From Octopus vulgaris (Eukaryota): DNA of 64,000 nucleotides. The translations under genes and the position numbers were made by a program. The stretch spans positions 124,682,001-124,746,000 of the forward strand of contig OX597817.1 in NCBI GenBank assembly GCA_951406725.2, read 5' to 3'. Positions 25,226 through 40,420 of this stretch are shown here, in pieces. Numbering within the stretch: position 1 is the first letter of the stretch; every line of letters begins with the position of its first letter. The notes beneath the pieces are model-generated. The model saw nothing but the letters and a program-made list of their open reading frames with translations. It searched no databases and was not told the DNA's origin.

Positions 25226-27199
25226 TCTGATCAATATTAACAACGATTATGCTTGACAATATGGTATGGTAACAGCTAAAATACTTTTGATTAAATGTGT
25301 GCTTGATCAAGGCTGACCTGGGACTTAATAACCCCAATAAACGCAACTGTTACAAAAGATATGAACATTACAAAATTGCTCACTTATTCTGACTTACAAA
25401 TCTTAGTTTTCTTTTCAACTTAGTTGAAATGTATCAGTAGTATTAAAAAAAAAATTTAGTTAAAAACTATTAATGATGTTTACTGTTTGATTAGGTTCAT
25501 AGCATATCATCTAAGTGCGTCTGTCGGCATCTAATAGTAGTTTTTTATGCTTGTCAAAGAAGATAATAAATCCTGGTGCTTCATACTAAAATTTTCAGTC
25601 TAACGTAAATAGAGAAATATGATAAATTTGTTAACCTCATAGTAGTCTCTGAAAGTATTATAATTACTTTTCTTTTTCATTTTCTTTTAAAGAAGATTGA
25701 TCTTACAAGTAAGACAATTTCGTTTAAAATTTGTTTGATGATTCTTGGCTCACTTGGGTAATAATGAGGAATGATAGTTTTTTCCATTTGTTTATTAATT
25801 GGAACAATAAGTTGTTGTTGTTGTATTTTTGTAATCTAATAATTTGTCATTAGTTTAGTATTGATTTAGTATTTGTCATTAATGTTATCATTTTTAAGGA
25901 TAATTTTTTTGATATTTTAATATTTTTTCATAACAGATTACAATGTTTCTCTTTAAAAATAAAAGGTGTAATATTTTTCAAAAAATAGTTTAATCATTTG
26001 GCTCTTGATGTTAACATTACAATATATTTGATACTTGAAGCCTTAATCAGATTAATAGAAAAATAATTGCTTCTTTGTTTAGAAAACAGAAAGTAAGTTA
26101 TATTCACACCTATAATGAATTAAAATGATTTACTGTCATTCTGAAAACTGATTTGGTTTTTATACAGGTTTGATGGATATTTACAGTATAGCTACACATT
26201 TTGTTTTTCCTTTAATATTTATTCTTAGATCTATTTATAATTATCAAACTTCAGTTTGATTAATGAGGACATTTATCAAAAAAATATTGTCCAAATCTTC
26301 ATCATTCTAATTTTTTTCCTCTGTTGATAGTGGTGAAGATGACTGAATTAGTAGATTACTGGACCAGATAGCATCACAACATTTTCAGCTTTGACTTTCT
26401 AGATTCTGAGATGAAATTCTACTGAAATTGTCTTTAACTTTCTACATTCTTAGGTCAATAAAACATGTTCTGGTATAACCCAGTGTATGTTTTTTTTAAT
26501 TATATTCATTTCCTTAAGATAATCCTAAAGATTATTATCCTAAGGACTGCATAGGAAATTAATCTCTTTTGTAATTTGGATATGACTATCTAAAAGCAAG
26601 AACAATTTATAAAGTTTTCAAATTTGCAGTGAAAAGCAATTAAAGATGAAACACTGTTTAAAGATTTATATAATTAATCCTTTGCTGATTATTGTTAATA
26701 ACTCTTGATGCTTTGGATATTAGGCTCTTATGGGGAGAAACAAACAAAATCAAAAGGTTGAGTGAGCTCTAAAGATTTGTTACATTTGAATAAATCTACT
26801 GTTAGCACCTTTTGAAATTATTGCAACATTTTCATACTAGACTTGCTAATAATTTTCTCTGACAAAGTTAAATGTTACTGGCTTAAAGTTATATTTTTTA
26901 TGTTTGTAACCTGTGATGTAAGGGAGCATTCATTAGTTTCATAGTCATTTTAGCATTTTGCATCCATTTAATGAACTCTCTTAGAAATTTCACATTCATA
27001 ATAGAAGAATTTTTCATATTGGAGTCTAAATTTTTACAACATCTCTTGCTTTGAAAGGGGTCTCTATTGGTTTATTCACATGCATCATCATACATATATG
27101 AAACTTATCTCTTATGAAGTTGCTTGATACCTTCTCAAGATAGTGTGAATGGAGAGATTGATAGCTGAAAATAGGAATTGGTATGGTCATGCTGGATCT

Positions 27200-28760
27200 T
27201 AATTCAAAATCTGGTTATCGTATATGGTGCCTGCCATTGGGGCTGTACCTGCTTGATGGCCTCAGTCTTAAGCAATTGTGATCATCAGGCATAGAAGACT
27301 TCTACTAGGGATAGTATGGATGCACTGATTGGAGCCAGCTCAATGCATTTTAGGTGAATGCCAGAACAAGTATAACCACATCACAAGTAATATCACATAA
27401 ACTACATCCCAAAGACTTGCCCTCTTTGTCAGGGCTACAAATGACTTCAGACCAGAACAATTGATGAGTCTCTATAAACCAATAGTGACCCACAACTTCC
27501 ACATCCAAGATGGTACTGCTGTCACTCACACAGACAAGAACTGATATTCTTGGAAGTGACAGCAAATAGGTAGCTGATATAAAAAATTAAAAGTAGTCAA
27601 CAAAATTGAATATTGATGAACAAAACACTAAAGCTGAAAGAGTCAGAAGTATTATCCACATATTCCACTGTGGTTAATTCTGTCAGGAAGTCACTGATTT
27701 AATAGGTAAGACACAGATGGAGTCTATAGGTGGTCAGTTTTGCACAGCAACTTCTTGGGCAATCATTGTCAAAAACCTTGCAAGGGTCAACAGCAGAAGC
27801 TTTCTCAAAAGCAAATAGTATGTTATATAACAGAATATGTTTTCACTAGATTCAGTGTTATGAAAGCTGTACTACCAGGTAATAAGGTGGAATAAACTTC
27901 AAAGTGTTGAAGAAGGATTTTGTTAATAGGTACATCCTTCACCTTTGTGATGTTGAAATTGAGTGTAATTGGAGGATAGCTGGCAGGGTTAGAAGAGGGA
28001 TTGCATTTTGGGGAATAGGACACAGAGTGGCATTTTTCCAAATATCAAAATATATCACTGGGGACAGAGAGCAAATAAGAGAGAGAAAGAAAGACAGAAT
28101 GGTAGAGAGGGAGAGAGAAAAAGAGAGGAAATGTGAGAAGGAGAAATAAAGAGAGAAATTGATAAGCCTAAGGACTAGATCTAGAGTAAATTATCTGAGA
28201 GTAACGGAAGATACATTCTCAAGATCAGTGATGTTATTGGAGTATTCAATTTGATAGTATTAAACAGGTATATCAAATAATCCAGGTTATGTGCATGCTG
28301 TCAATGCATGAGTACTTGACATATGTCAAGTGCCCTGTATATCTGTGCATGTTGGTGAGCTTAGTATAGTGGGAAAAAACTATTTAGAGTTTGCAATGTG
28401 GTTTTAGTCATAAAGAGGGCAGCAAATGTGAAGTAGGGTTTTGTGATCATATTGTTTATAGAGCTATAGTAGTTGAGAAGGGGATAAAGGAGATCTTCCA
28501 CAAATCTCGTAAAGATCTTTTGGGTCAGAAACCAAGAGGAACAGCAGCAGTGCTGTGTAAAATCAAGTTTGGCAGAATACCATGGCAATTTAGTTATATG
28601 AGAGCTATTTAGCTGTTAATTATCTGTAATGGAGAGTATTGTTGAGAAGATTCAGATTACTGAATGATGAGTGATGGTTATTGGTTCAGCTTTGGGTGTC
28701 TGGTGGCTAGAAGCCTTATATTTTAACAAATTAATCTACTGACTGAGACAGGCAATAGGT
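27200..28760 (-). pseudogene. Highly decayed CR1/L2-like LINE ORF2 fragment
   Basis: Minus strand shows WKNATLCPIP and SNPASYPPITL...ITKV...INKILLQHFE (resembles PSNYRPISL..SK), plus AVDPCKVFD (resembles DxSKAFD). Boundaries are approximate. Confidence 0.5.
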
Positions 28761-29397
28761 TGGTTGCCTTTTGTTTTGTCTGGAGTACTTCACTGGATAT
28801 GCCAAGTTTTTTGGTTTACTTTTAAAAATTTATAAAAATATATTTGTGTAAATCCATTTATTAAACAGTCATGATGGAAGTTTTGTATATTTATATGAAT
28901 TGTGATTTGATACATTTTTACATTTTTTTTTATATTCTACTCAATGAAGTTTTCTATTTAAATTCTTTATCAGCCAGGAGAGTATTAACTGGATCTTTAG
29001 TTATTTCATTAAAAATTTTGGCAATAATGAATTTTAGTGAATTTAAGGATAAATGTGAGGTATTTTGCAATAATGGATTGGCTACATTGTTTGATTGTTG
29101 TCAAAAAGCTTGCTGCTAATTAAATTTTTTTTCTTAATTTACAGTTAACTTTGCCAACCATCTGCTACACATTTGACAGTTTATATTGATTAGATTGATT
29201 TTTGACAGATATTTAACTCAAATTAAGTGGGTAGAAGGAAAATTAAAACTAAAAGTTTCCATATTCTAAAACTCTTGAAAATCCATCATTCAGCTTTCTT
29301 CACTTCTCCTATGATCAATGTTTGCAAAGCAATAACTAGCAGCAGTATTTTGGGTGATTGTTATTACATGCTTTATGTATATATTTGAAAAATTAAA

Positions 29398-29706
29398 TGT
29401 CGCCCTTTTCAAGCCTAGCCAGGCTCATGGGCCCGGTTTCCCAGTTTCTGTGGTGTATGTGTCCCCGCCCATCTGGACGGGACACCAGTCCATTGTAGCA
29501 TAACTCAAGAAACAGGAACAGAGAGTGGGAGAAAGTTGTCATGAAAGAGTACAACAGGGGTCGCCACCAACCCCTGTCGAAGCCCCGTGGAGCTTTTTAG
29601 GTGATTTTGCTCAATAAACACACACAGCGCCTGGTCTGGGAATTGAAACTGCGATCCTCTGATCGCAAGTCCGCTGCCCTGACCACTGAGCCATTGTGCC
29701 TCCACA
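29398..29706 (-). mobile_element. tRNA-derived SINE family C
   Basis: Minus head GTGGAGGCACAATGGCTCAGTGGTCAGGGCAGCGGACT...GTTTCAATTCCC; related to 52670-53027. Confidence 0.8.
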
Positions 29707-30216
29707 TGTATATATTTAAGAGGAACTAAATGACACCAGCTCATGGGTCTGCATCTCACACTTGATGCATGGTTCTTATGTATTTGGGCAGTATGCTTAA
29801 ATGTTTGGTAGCTAGTTTATTTTATTGTTAAGGATAATAGATATTCCAGTAAATTTTACTTGCATTTGAAGCACATTCAGTAAATGACAGTAATTTATCA
29901 CATTTGCTTAGTAACATGAACACATCAGACATATAAAGCTTCTTGATACTTGAGGGTTTTTCACTATTTCTTATAACAAGACACTTAGTTCTTCATTGCC
30001 TCATTATATGTATCTAAGAAATTGGTTCTTCAATATTCTGAGAGAAATTTACCTGTGAAAGTCTAATACTCTTTCTACAAAGAGTTTTGAATCTTATTTG
30101 TTTGCCATTAGAAAGCTTGAATCCAAGTATTGACCATATGGACTTGTGTTTCTGAAACAAGTAATAATAATGCTAGTATTGTTTGTATCTTCTTTAAATG
30201 TAGTTATGTAAATATT

Positions 30217-30552
30217 GAAGACACATAGCTCAGTGGTTAGAGTGTTGGGCTCACAATCATGAGGTTGTGAGTTTGATTTCCAGACTGGACTGTGTGTTGT
30301 GTTCTTGAGTAAGATACTTTATTTCATGTTGCTCCAGTTCACTCATCTGTATAAATGAGTAGCAACTTCACTGATGCCAAGCTGTATCAGCCTTTTTCTT
30401 TTTCATGGATAGCATCTGGGTGGGGGAGAGGCTGGTATGCATTGGCAACTGCTGGTCTTCCATAAACAACCTTGCCAGGACTTGTGTCTTCAAGGAGAAA
30501 TTTCTAGTTGCAATCCCATGGTCATTCATGACCAAAGGGGATCTTTACCCAT
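30217..30552 (+). mobile_element. SINE family C-related
   Basis: tRNA-like head TAGCTCAGTGGTTAGAGTG...GTTTGATTTCC; homologous to 45290-45618 on the opposite strand. Confidence 0.7.
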
Positions 30553-30724
30553 TACCCCTTAATGTCTCATTCGTGGTTACATTTATGGCCATGTGGTTAA
30601 AAAGTTTACGTTGCAATCATGTGGTTTATGTGCAGTATAATGGAGAAATTGCTTTCTACTACAGCCTTATGTTGATCAATAACTTATGAGAGAAATTTGG
30701 TAATTAGAAACCGTATGCTATCCT

Positions 30725-30765
<41 letters not shown>

Positions 30766-31924
30766 TGTGTGTGTGTATGTGTGTGTGTGTGTGTTGGGAT
30801 ATTTATTTGATATAGTTATATGTGGTTTACACCAATTGAACAAATAATATAGCAAAATTACAAGTAATATAACATAATGGACAATAGATGGCTTTGGTTT
30901 TACTACTTAAGTGTAGGGGTAGGAAAGTGATAGAGACAAAGAGGTAGATAGTTAGGTGGATGATTAAAAAGAATGAGACAGATTAAAGATTGCTAAGGAC
31001 CAACCTGGTCAAATCAATCAGAGCTGGCGGTTATTTTCATTTTCCTATTCGTTTAAATTTTGCTCAATTTAAGAATGACAAAAACTTTAAGACATAAACG
31101 GAATTCAACAGACCTGAAATGTAAGCATTAACCTCTATATTAATAATACTCTATAACTTATGGAAATATTCCTTGAGATCAATTTGAGGATATTACATGA
31201 GAATATAAATACCAAATGAATGTGGTTTTAAATCTTCCTTGACATTTGATAATTGCAATATGTATGCGTACGTGTGTGTTTGTTTGTGTGTGCCAATAAT
31301 TTCATAAGTTGCTTTGACTTATTAATTAGATGTTATAATGTCAGTACAATACACCTTGTGTTATCTACTCTATAATATTGATACAAAAGGCAGACTAGAG
31401 TCGTTGACCTAATCAAACAAACCAATTCATCTTCTGCTTGCTTCTTCTGTTATATTTTCATTTCTGTTATATCATTTTATCACCTTGCTGCAAACCACAT
31501 ATAGCGGCATTGACTTAATATACCTACAATGTAAAAAAAAAAATAATAATCTTGAAATACAACACATGAAATTTATGTGTGTTTATGTGCCTGTGTGTAT
31601 GCATGTATGTGTGTATATGTGTGTATATGTATGTACAAGTCTTCGTTGACATATATCAACAAAGGCTGTAAACATAAGCTTCCACGACCACCACCAACAC
31701 TGCCACCAAAAAAACAAAAAAAAAAAAAGAAAAGAGAACCGAAAGCTTGACGGTTTGTAAATGAAATCCATTGTGATGTTTGTTGTTCTGCAATGATTTA
31801 GCACTTCTCCCTTGTCACTCTTGCAATCAGAAATGCCGTGAACTTCAGATTAACCCATTTTAAAAGCTGTAACCAATTATGCTATTGTTTCCCATCATCA
31901 TCATCATCATGACTGCTTCCATTG

Positions 31925-31957
<33 letters not shown>

Positions 31958-34378
31958 TCATAATTTTACCATAAATTTTCTATGCAAGTACATGTTTGGC
32001 AGGTTTGATGTACATCACATCTTCTGTGAGGTCTGATATCCTGAGATCTAATCTCAGTGCTTCTTTCCATGCCTTCTTTAATACTTCCATTTATGTTCTT
32101 CTCCTCTGCAATGATATCACATTCATTATTAGTTTAGCAAAGCTTTCCTACTTTCTTTATTTTCCATCCTCTATTTCTGTTTAAAATTTCAATTTTGAAA
32201 ATGAAATTTTTTATAACTGATATGTGTCTTGCCTGTTTGGCATTAAGGATTTCTATAATATCGAAAATTTATATCAAATATATTTTTAAAAAACGATCTA
32301 ATTAACTGATGAAACTTTATTGATTAAACAAACCATGATTATCATTATTTTAAACAGCTTATCTGTCACCTACTCATTATGTTGCTAAATTTAAAATATT
32401 CTTAAATAAATATACAAAATTTATGATACAGCAAACTATTGAAATGAAAATACTTAAAAACCCTTAAGAGATCATGTGATATCATTAAATACATTTTTTT
32501 CTTATACATTTCTTATATACAGGAAATCTCATATTCTTTTATATCAGCCTTACAAAGGCTGTCCTTTTGAAGGATTTTTGACTAAGATAAACCTTTATCA
32601 TACTACAAAGAATCACGAGGTGATCTTCACCTCTAGTTTTTATGTTACCAAGCAGACATATGTTAACCTGGATATATCACTGGTCTGCTGAATGTGATTT
32701 TCCTGCTGGAGAAATTGAGCCTGGCACCAAGAAAAAGGAAATAAAACCTGCTTGACTAAATGGGGTGGTGGTGAGATGGGGTGATGGTTGGGGCTAGTGT
32801 TGAGAGGCTAGAATGTGATAGAGAGACAAGCTTAGGTGTCTTGCTGTGGAGGTGATACAAGACTACCTTGCATTATTTAAAGGTAGGTAGGAGAAGGTGG
32901 AAAGATGATAAGCATGGTAGTGATGAGATACCAGAGCAGCTCAAGATATAAGAAGGTTGGTACAAGAGAAGATATGGACAGTGGCTCAGGAGAAGGAGTA
33001 GTTTAATAAGAGTGTGTGGGGAGAATAATATGTATTTTAGTTTTAGACAGATCTTTACAAATGTGTTTTTTATAACATGATATTGCTGGAACATTTTTCT
33101 CAAACTCTTGTGTATATCATCTAAAACTCTTGGCATATCACTGCTACAAGTGTGTTATACTCTTACCATCACAGTCTTATAACATATGAACTTGGTTTCT
33201 GACCACAGCAAGAAATTGTAAGAATGAGAAATAAAACCACTGAAGTGGTTCAGACTAGGAATTGAATTCACATTACAAGTTCACCAGGAATTAAGCACCA
33301 CTCTTCCACTGTGAATCATTTGTACAGAAAAAGATCCATCATAAATAAATGCTTTCAAGGAAGTTATTAGTTGTATATATTTAATTTTGCAAATGGCCAA
33401 TTGGGAGAAACTCAAACATGATAAAGAGTAGATTGCTAGATAAATTCAATGTTCAGTATAAGCTAGATGTTTCTAAAGTAAGCCCAATTTGATTGGTATA
33501 TGAACTAAATGTTGCCAATTTGCTACCACCACAACAACAACAAGAACACCAGCAAGCAATAAAAAATATGAAAATATATTTACTGTTAATATTGTGAAGT
33601 AAGCTGTTTAATCTAGTGTTCACTCTTGTTATGAATAGAATATACGACAAAGCTGGAGGCCTAAAACATAGTAAATACATATACATTGTTACAAGTCTTA
33701 CAAATAAATATTGGTATAGAGCATTATAGAAATGAATTGCTTTATGTGTGTGTGTACGTGTGTGTATGTGTGCATGTGTGTGTATGTGTTAAATAAACAG
33801 TATTGTAGCTATTGGGATGCGGCTATAAACATATTGTTACAAAAACTGGAGATGTAATGATATAATAGATAAAAAGATTGTAACAATGAAAAATATAATG
33901 AAATGAAGTAAAAGAGTGCTAGATCTAGATAAATGTATGAAATACTTCTCAAACGTTCTTGGTACTTTTCTGGTGGAGAGCAGTATATTGGTATCACACT
34001 TCTGTTTCTACATGGCTCTATACTCCAACACCTTCATTTATTTATGTCTTTTGGTTTGTCTTCCAGGTCTGTTTTTGTCAGTTCATCACTAATGAAAAAA
34101 GTTTTTCTTCTCCTAGAATTCTTTGAAAAGTCTTTATTTAAAACATCTGTTTTACTTCTATCCGATAAGAATTTTTTGCTTTTGCACAGTTTTTTTTTAA
34201 CCATTATATGTCATTCTCTGTCTTCCTCAAAGACATTGTGTGTGGAAGAGCATTCAGTGGTAATTGAAAGCAGTTAATATATATATATATACATACATAT
34301 ATAGACACACATATACATATATATATATACATACATATATTTATACATATATGTATATATTCATATGTATGTATATAT

Positions 34379-34415
<37 letters not shown>

Positions 34416-34444
34416 CATATATGTATATATACATATATATATAC

Positions 34445-34505
<61 letters not shown>

Positions 34506-34704
34506 TATATACTTGTTTGATGTTGGTAATTCAATCCATCACTGCTGAGTTTCCTGCTAGATTCATTTGTACAAGCACTAAGGAAAAATGCGAATGGAGT
34601 GAATCACCTGCATTACAGAAATAAAAACATTCTGCAATGAATATTGAGTACACCTTTCTTTTGTTTGTTTGTAAAACAAAACACATATATATTCATATAT
34701 ATCA

Positions 34705-34900
34705 ACATCATTATCATTGTCATTTAACGTCCACTTTCCATGCTGGCATGGGTTGGATGGACGGTTTGACTGAGGGTTGGCAAGCCAGAAGGTGGCACCA
34801 GGCTCTGATCTGATCTGGCAAAGTTTCTATAGCTGGATGCCCTTCCTAATGCCAACCACTCCAAGAGTGTAGTGCATGCTTTTTACGTGCTACCAGCACA
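34705..34900 (-). mobile_element. RTE-type 3' end fragment
   Basis: Reverse complement of the 14917-15075 type sequence. Confidence 0.75.
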
Positions 34901-35093
34901 TAAAAATATCTATACATGTGTGAGTGTGTGTGTGTATACATACACACACATACACACACATGTATGTATAGAGGAAATGAAAATAGCACCAGTTCACACT
35001 CTAAAGTGGTTGATTTTAGGAAGGGCATCCAGCTGGAGAAACTATGCATATGCCGACATGGAGCTTAGTTGCTAGATGATGATGATGATATAG

Positions 35094-35139
<46 letters not shown>

Positions 35140-35199
35140 GAGAAATAACCTCTATAAAGCAATCCAATAGTGAAAGATATTATCTACATATATAGGAAA

Positions 35200-35557
35200 T
35201 TTAGTCGAGCAAATCGACCCCGGGACTTATTCTTTGTAAGCCCAGTACTTATTCTATCGGTCTCTTTTGCCGAACCGCTAAGTGACGGGGACGTAAACAC
35301 ACCAGCATCGGTTGTCAAGCAATACTAGGGGGACAAACACAGACACACAAACATATACACACACATAAATACATATATATATATACATATATACGACAGG
35401 CTTCTTTCAGTTTCTGTCTACCAAATCCACTCACAAGGCATTGGTCAGCCCGGGGCTATAGCAGAAGACACTTGCCCAAGATGCCATGCAGTGGGACTGA
35501 ACCTACAACCATGTGGTTGGTTAGCAAGCTACTTACCACACAGCCACTCCTGTGCCT
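35200..35557 (-). mobile_element. SINE family A (tail truncated)
   Basis: High-similarity match with many CpGs retained. Confidence 0.9.
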
Positions 35558-35744
35558 ATATGTGAGAAATAAAATGAGAATCTTATTTCACAACTATCGG
35601 AGTGTGAAGTGCTCCACACAGCTGAAGATTCATGAGATGGTTGTGATCTATAAACAGTTTTGAGTAGGGACCAGTAAGAGAAGTACAAACATGTAATGTG
35701 CATGTGTACACTGGATTTGCAAAATGGAAGAGAAGAATAAAAAC

Positions 35745-36420
35745 ACAAGGCCCATGTTAAACGAGTTATACAACATGCAGTTTTGCAGCAATTTTCTTGT
35801 TTTTAGCCAAAAGAAATTTGTAGTTTACCAAATCGTCAACATGTCACAACTTCAGGGTTTTAGATTTTGAGCCTTTAAGAGTTCCTGCTGTTAAATAAAT
35901 ACAAAATCACCACCTCCCTTAAGATGCCTGGAGCCAGTGCATCATTGAAGTAGGTCAGCATGAAGTATTTGAACATTCTTGATAAAGTCATGATGTTGTG
36001 GATTGCTAAGCATTATTATCTAAATTATGTAATTGTCACCCAAGTCTCTGCACCAACATATCAGCCAAAGTAAATGCAGGATTATTTCCTTGTTTGTCTA
36101 CAAAGAATCTTGGACTTCTAGCTCACCAACTGAAAATTCATGTAACTTTTGAATGTGGGTCCACTTTGAAGACAGGTCTGACACAACACAGATTTACCAG
36201 CATCACTACATTCACGTAATTCAGAAGACATTCAGGTTTATCAATGTAGCTAATACAAAGAAAGCATGTTTACACTTCCACATCTGTATTTAGAGTTATA
36301 ACTGTTAATGCAAGGCGTTTTGAGTAATATTTTCTCCTGCTTTTTGTTAAATAAACATAACAAGTTTCATTTTTCTGAATTCTTTTTTCATTTTTGTGAG
36401 TAACAGACTTTTAAACTTCT
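35745..36420 (+). pseudogene. Very decayed Tc1/mariner (DD37D-like) transposase relic
   Basis: Residual motifs KYLNILDKVMMLWI, TQVSAPTY (resembles QQDSAPxH) and WTSSSP (resembles WPPSSPDLN). Confidence 0.45.
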
Positions 36421-36470
36421 CAACACAAACACTCAGGTTAGGTAAGTATCCTTGTTTGCATAAATATGTA

Positions 36471-36686
36471 CAAGGGGATGCTGAAAAATTCCAAGCTTTG
36501 GGTAAAAGAAAATACAAGAGGATCAGTTAACTATGATTTTATACATTATATTCCCCTTTCATATTCACACGCTTATTGCAGCAGTCTTTCAGCTTCTCTG
36601 AGTCATGTAAAGAACTTGGAAGGTTGAGCCTCCAACCTGGTTTTTTGCCATACCTTTAAAGCCAAAAACTTTTTGGCATCCCCTTG
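36471..36686. mobile_element. Mariner-type MITE with TA target duplication
   Basis: TA-CAAGGGGATGCTGAAAAATT...AACTTTTTGGCATCCCCTTG-TA. Confidence 0.85.
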
Positions 36687-37583
36687 TACACACACACACA
36701 CACAAACACACACATATATATATGCATAGAAATGTATACATACACATATATATGTGAATATATATATATAACAGTTTCTTACAATATATTGTTGATGAAA
36801 AGGAAAAATATGTTATGTTGTAGATTAGTAATTTCTTTTGTTTTCATTAACAGATAAAATCAGCCACAATGGATTGACAGAGATACAAACAGGAAAGTCA
36901 AATTCCAAAGCATTGGAAAACAAGAGTTGAGTTTATATAGAATGATTACGAGAGAAATTAATTAAAAAGCAAAGGTTTCAAACAATGGAAACTAATACAT
37001 TCTAGCAACAGTGTGTGTGTATGCAACTGCATGTGTGTCTGTTTGTTGCCTCAAAGAAAGAGAGAGAGAGGGTGGAGGAACGGAGAAGGAGGGAGAAATA
37101 AAGAGAGAAAAAAGTGAAAGAGGAAATATGTTTCAAGGCTTGATTACAAGTGTTGGTCAGAGGCTAGCAACTCTGTGGTTGTGAGGCTATTGTTTTTGTT
37201 AAATACTCCAAAAGAGAGGTTCAGGAGTTCATTGAAGGATGCAGCTTAGAAGTTGGAGGGCAGCAAATTATTGTTTTGGTGGTAAGGTGTGGAGAGGGGG
37301 AATGGTTGACTAGTCATGTGACTATAAGGCAATGTTTTCTGGAGATAAGAATATATGTCGATGGTAAATGGCTCCTAGACTAAGATTTAGTGAATCAAAA
37401 TATTTACTAAGTTTTTTTGGAAATTTTTGCAGCCGAACTAATTTCAAGAATATATAATGACAGCTAAAAGTTGCAAAGTGGCTGAACAAAGCAAAACTAA
37501 ATGCAAGCCAGTATTTTCATATAGCTATATGAGCATATATGTGTGTTTGTGTGTGTGTAGGGTGAAAGGCAGATAAAAGCATC

Positions 37584-37801
37584 TCTCTTTTCTCTCTTTT
37601 ACTTGTTTCAGTCATTTGACTGTGGCCATGCTGGAGCACTGCCTTTTAGTCGAGCAAATCAACCCCAGTACTTATTCTTTGTAAGCCTAGTACTTATTCT
37701 ATCAGTCTCTTTTGCCGAACCACTAAGTAACAGGGACATAAACACACCGGCATCGGTTGTCAAGTGATGTTGCGGAGACAGACACACAAACACACACACA
37801 C

Positions 37802-37837
<36 letters not shown>

Positions 37838-38000
37838 GACGGGCTTCTTTCAGTTTCCGTCTACCAAATCCACTCACAAGGCTTTGGTCGGTCCGAGGCT
37901 ATAGTAGAAGACACTTGCCCAAGGTGCCACGCGGTGGGACTGAACCCGGAACCGTGTGGTTGGTAAGCAAACTACTTACTACACAGCCACTCCTGCACCT
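37584..38000 (-). mobile_element. SINE family A, full length
   Basis: Full match to the family sequence. Confidence 0.9.
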
Positions 38001-38221
38001 ATGGAAAGACAGCAATAGAAGAATACACTAATGCATACATACACAAATGCATGCATAGCATTATTACATATATGCATAAAATTGTGGTTTTAAACAGAAA
38101 GTTCTCTTGACAAATGAATGTTCATGCTTAGAAAACCGATAGTCAAATGCTTGTCCAGTTACCCTAATGCATATTTTAGGCTCATTTCTGTGGTTTATTT
38201 CTGTTGTAGTGTTTTATACGA

Positions 38222-38590
38222 TTATTACCTCCGCCTTCGCTAAGGTGGAGATATTGTTTACAATTGTGTTTGTTTGTTTGTTTGCGGGCAAGATATCTCA
38301 AGAATCGCCAGATGGATTTGGATGAAGCTTTCTGGGATGTTTTGCCTTGCGACTAGTATGAACGTATTAGATTTTGGGATCAATCTGGTGCCGGACAAGG
38401 ATTCTAGATTACTTTTTCCTTTTTTTTTATTTAATTCTTGAAAGCAGTTGGGTTCTTTTTTAGTATTCACCTTTGTGAGAGCAGACGTGTTTATTTCAGA
38501 TATTTGCATTTTATAAATCAGCTCTGCTAATCGTTGAGAGTACGTTGGTGTTGCTTTGGCAGAGGTTTGTGCTCTCTGAGTGCTCTTGTT
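38222..38590 (+). mobile_element. Helentron-associated non-autonomous element (DINE-1/HINE-like)
   Basis: 5' TTATTACCTCCGCC with a nearby inverted copy (GGTGGAG), a (GTTT)n tract, a 3' subterminal GGCAGAGGT, then a short hairpin (TGCTC-TCT-GAGTG) and T-rich end. Confidence 0.75.
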
Positions 38591-38619
38591 ATCATTATTA
38601 TTATTTCCATATCCATTCA

Positions 38620-40420
38620 ACAGATTAGAATATTGGGAAAGAAAAGAATCCTAACATCAGACTATAAGTAGACTTACATGCCAAGAACCCTCCTACTGGG
38701 TTACATCAAGTAACCTTAGCTGCCAAGAATACTCTCAAGTATCTTAGTTGTCTCTAATAACATTGTTTACTGGAGTTGTACTAAATTGGGTTTTATGCCT
38801 ACTTCTTCTATCCATCTGTTCAAATCTTTAAGGATAATTCCCAATGCATATATAACTGGGATACATTTAACCAGCACTTTCCATGGATCCTATAATTCTG
38901 TAGCTAGGTCCTGGTGCTTTGCTATTTTTTCTATACCTCACATATTAATTTTTTCATCATTTGGGACTGTAAAGTCAATTATCTGGCACTTTCTATCCTC
39001 TTTATCTTCTACTACCAAATCAGGCCCTCAAGCTTTTGTTACTGTCAGTCTGAATGTTAAAGCTCCACAACATCTTGTATTTCTTACTTTCTAGTACTTT
39101 ACTAGGTTCATGTTCATACCATTTATCAGTATGGTCAAACCCTAGCTTTCTACATAGCTCCCAGTGGATACTCTACCTAGACTGTCATGTCTTTTCTTGT
39201 ATTCTTTCTGCACCAGCATGCTACATTCACTCACTGTATGAGTAAAGCTTTCCATTATTGATTTGCATAATCTACTTTGGGAATCTACTTCATTTCTGTC
39301 TATATTGGGTTTTATCCAATTAGTCCTTAATGCTTGATTTTATGCAGCTTCTAACAAACTTTGTGTCTCTCTCTTCAGCTTTCCTCTATGCAACCATAAC
39401 TTTGTCTCATAACTACTATTTGCCGCAAATATCTCTAGGAATCTATCATGCAACACCTCCTCCTGTCAGTCAGATAATTTCTGTTCTTTATTTTATTTTT
39501 AACTTCGTTTGGGCTTTTGGTTTCCCAGTGACTTGCTGTGACTATAGCAGATTTTAGTAAACTTTCTTCACTATTTAACTACGTAGGACTCTATATCTTC
39601 TCTAGTTAACACCATGCAGTCTTCTACAGATGTTAACTCTCTTCCGCCTTCCTTTCTAGGTAGGTACACCTACTCCTGTCCTTGGGTGGAATCCTCCATT
39701 CATATTGAATTCCTTGCTAGTTCTTGCTTTGCTAATTCAGTTTTTGTCCAATCTACAGAAGCTGATGAATATCTAAGTAATGATATTTACAGTATTTACA
39801 GCCTTCACTAGATTCAAAGCATTTAGTTTTGACTTCATTGGCTTCCTCACCCTCAATTTTCGTTTTTATTTCTGTAGTTAGTACACGTTAAGATTCTACT
39901 ACCCCTAGATACTTATAATTCTCCCCTCCTTTCAATGATTTTAATATCTGACCCTCTGGTAATTGGATGCCTTCACCCTTGACTACCTGTCCCCTTCTCA
40001 TGACTAATATTGCACACTTATCTCTGCCAAATTCTATCCCTATATTTTTGCTGAAAAGTATTAGTCTGTATTAAGGAATCTATTTCTTTTTTATTCTTGC
40101 TAAAAATGTTTCAGGTCATCCATCTAGAGCAAATGGTTAATTTTTTCCTTTACTATTTCTGAACTGATATCCTGCCTTTGCCTTCCTTAATACTATACTG
40201 ATGGGGATCAAACATAAGACAGATATTAAAGGGGACAACAAGCCACCCTGGAAAATTTCTCTTGATATTAACTGTCCCTAAGAGTGTGTCACCTGAGTTC
40301 TTCATGCTAGAGCTAATTAATTCTCTTATGTTGTCTGCTATACTGAATATACTCAAACATTCACTTATCCATGAGAGTGGGATCATGTCATAGGCTTTCC
40401 TATAATCTATCCATGCTATT
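38620..40420 (-). pseudogene. Decayed R4/Dong-type non-LTR retrotransposon (RT + RLE)
   Basis: Minus-strand motifs IAWIDYRKAYDMI, IFQGGLLSPL, NHLL*MDDLK, and C-terminal IIDFTVP...KHQDLATEL...IPVI.ALG. Confidence 0.8.
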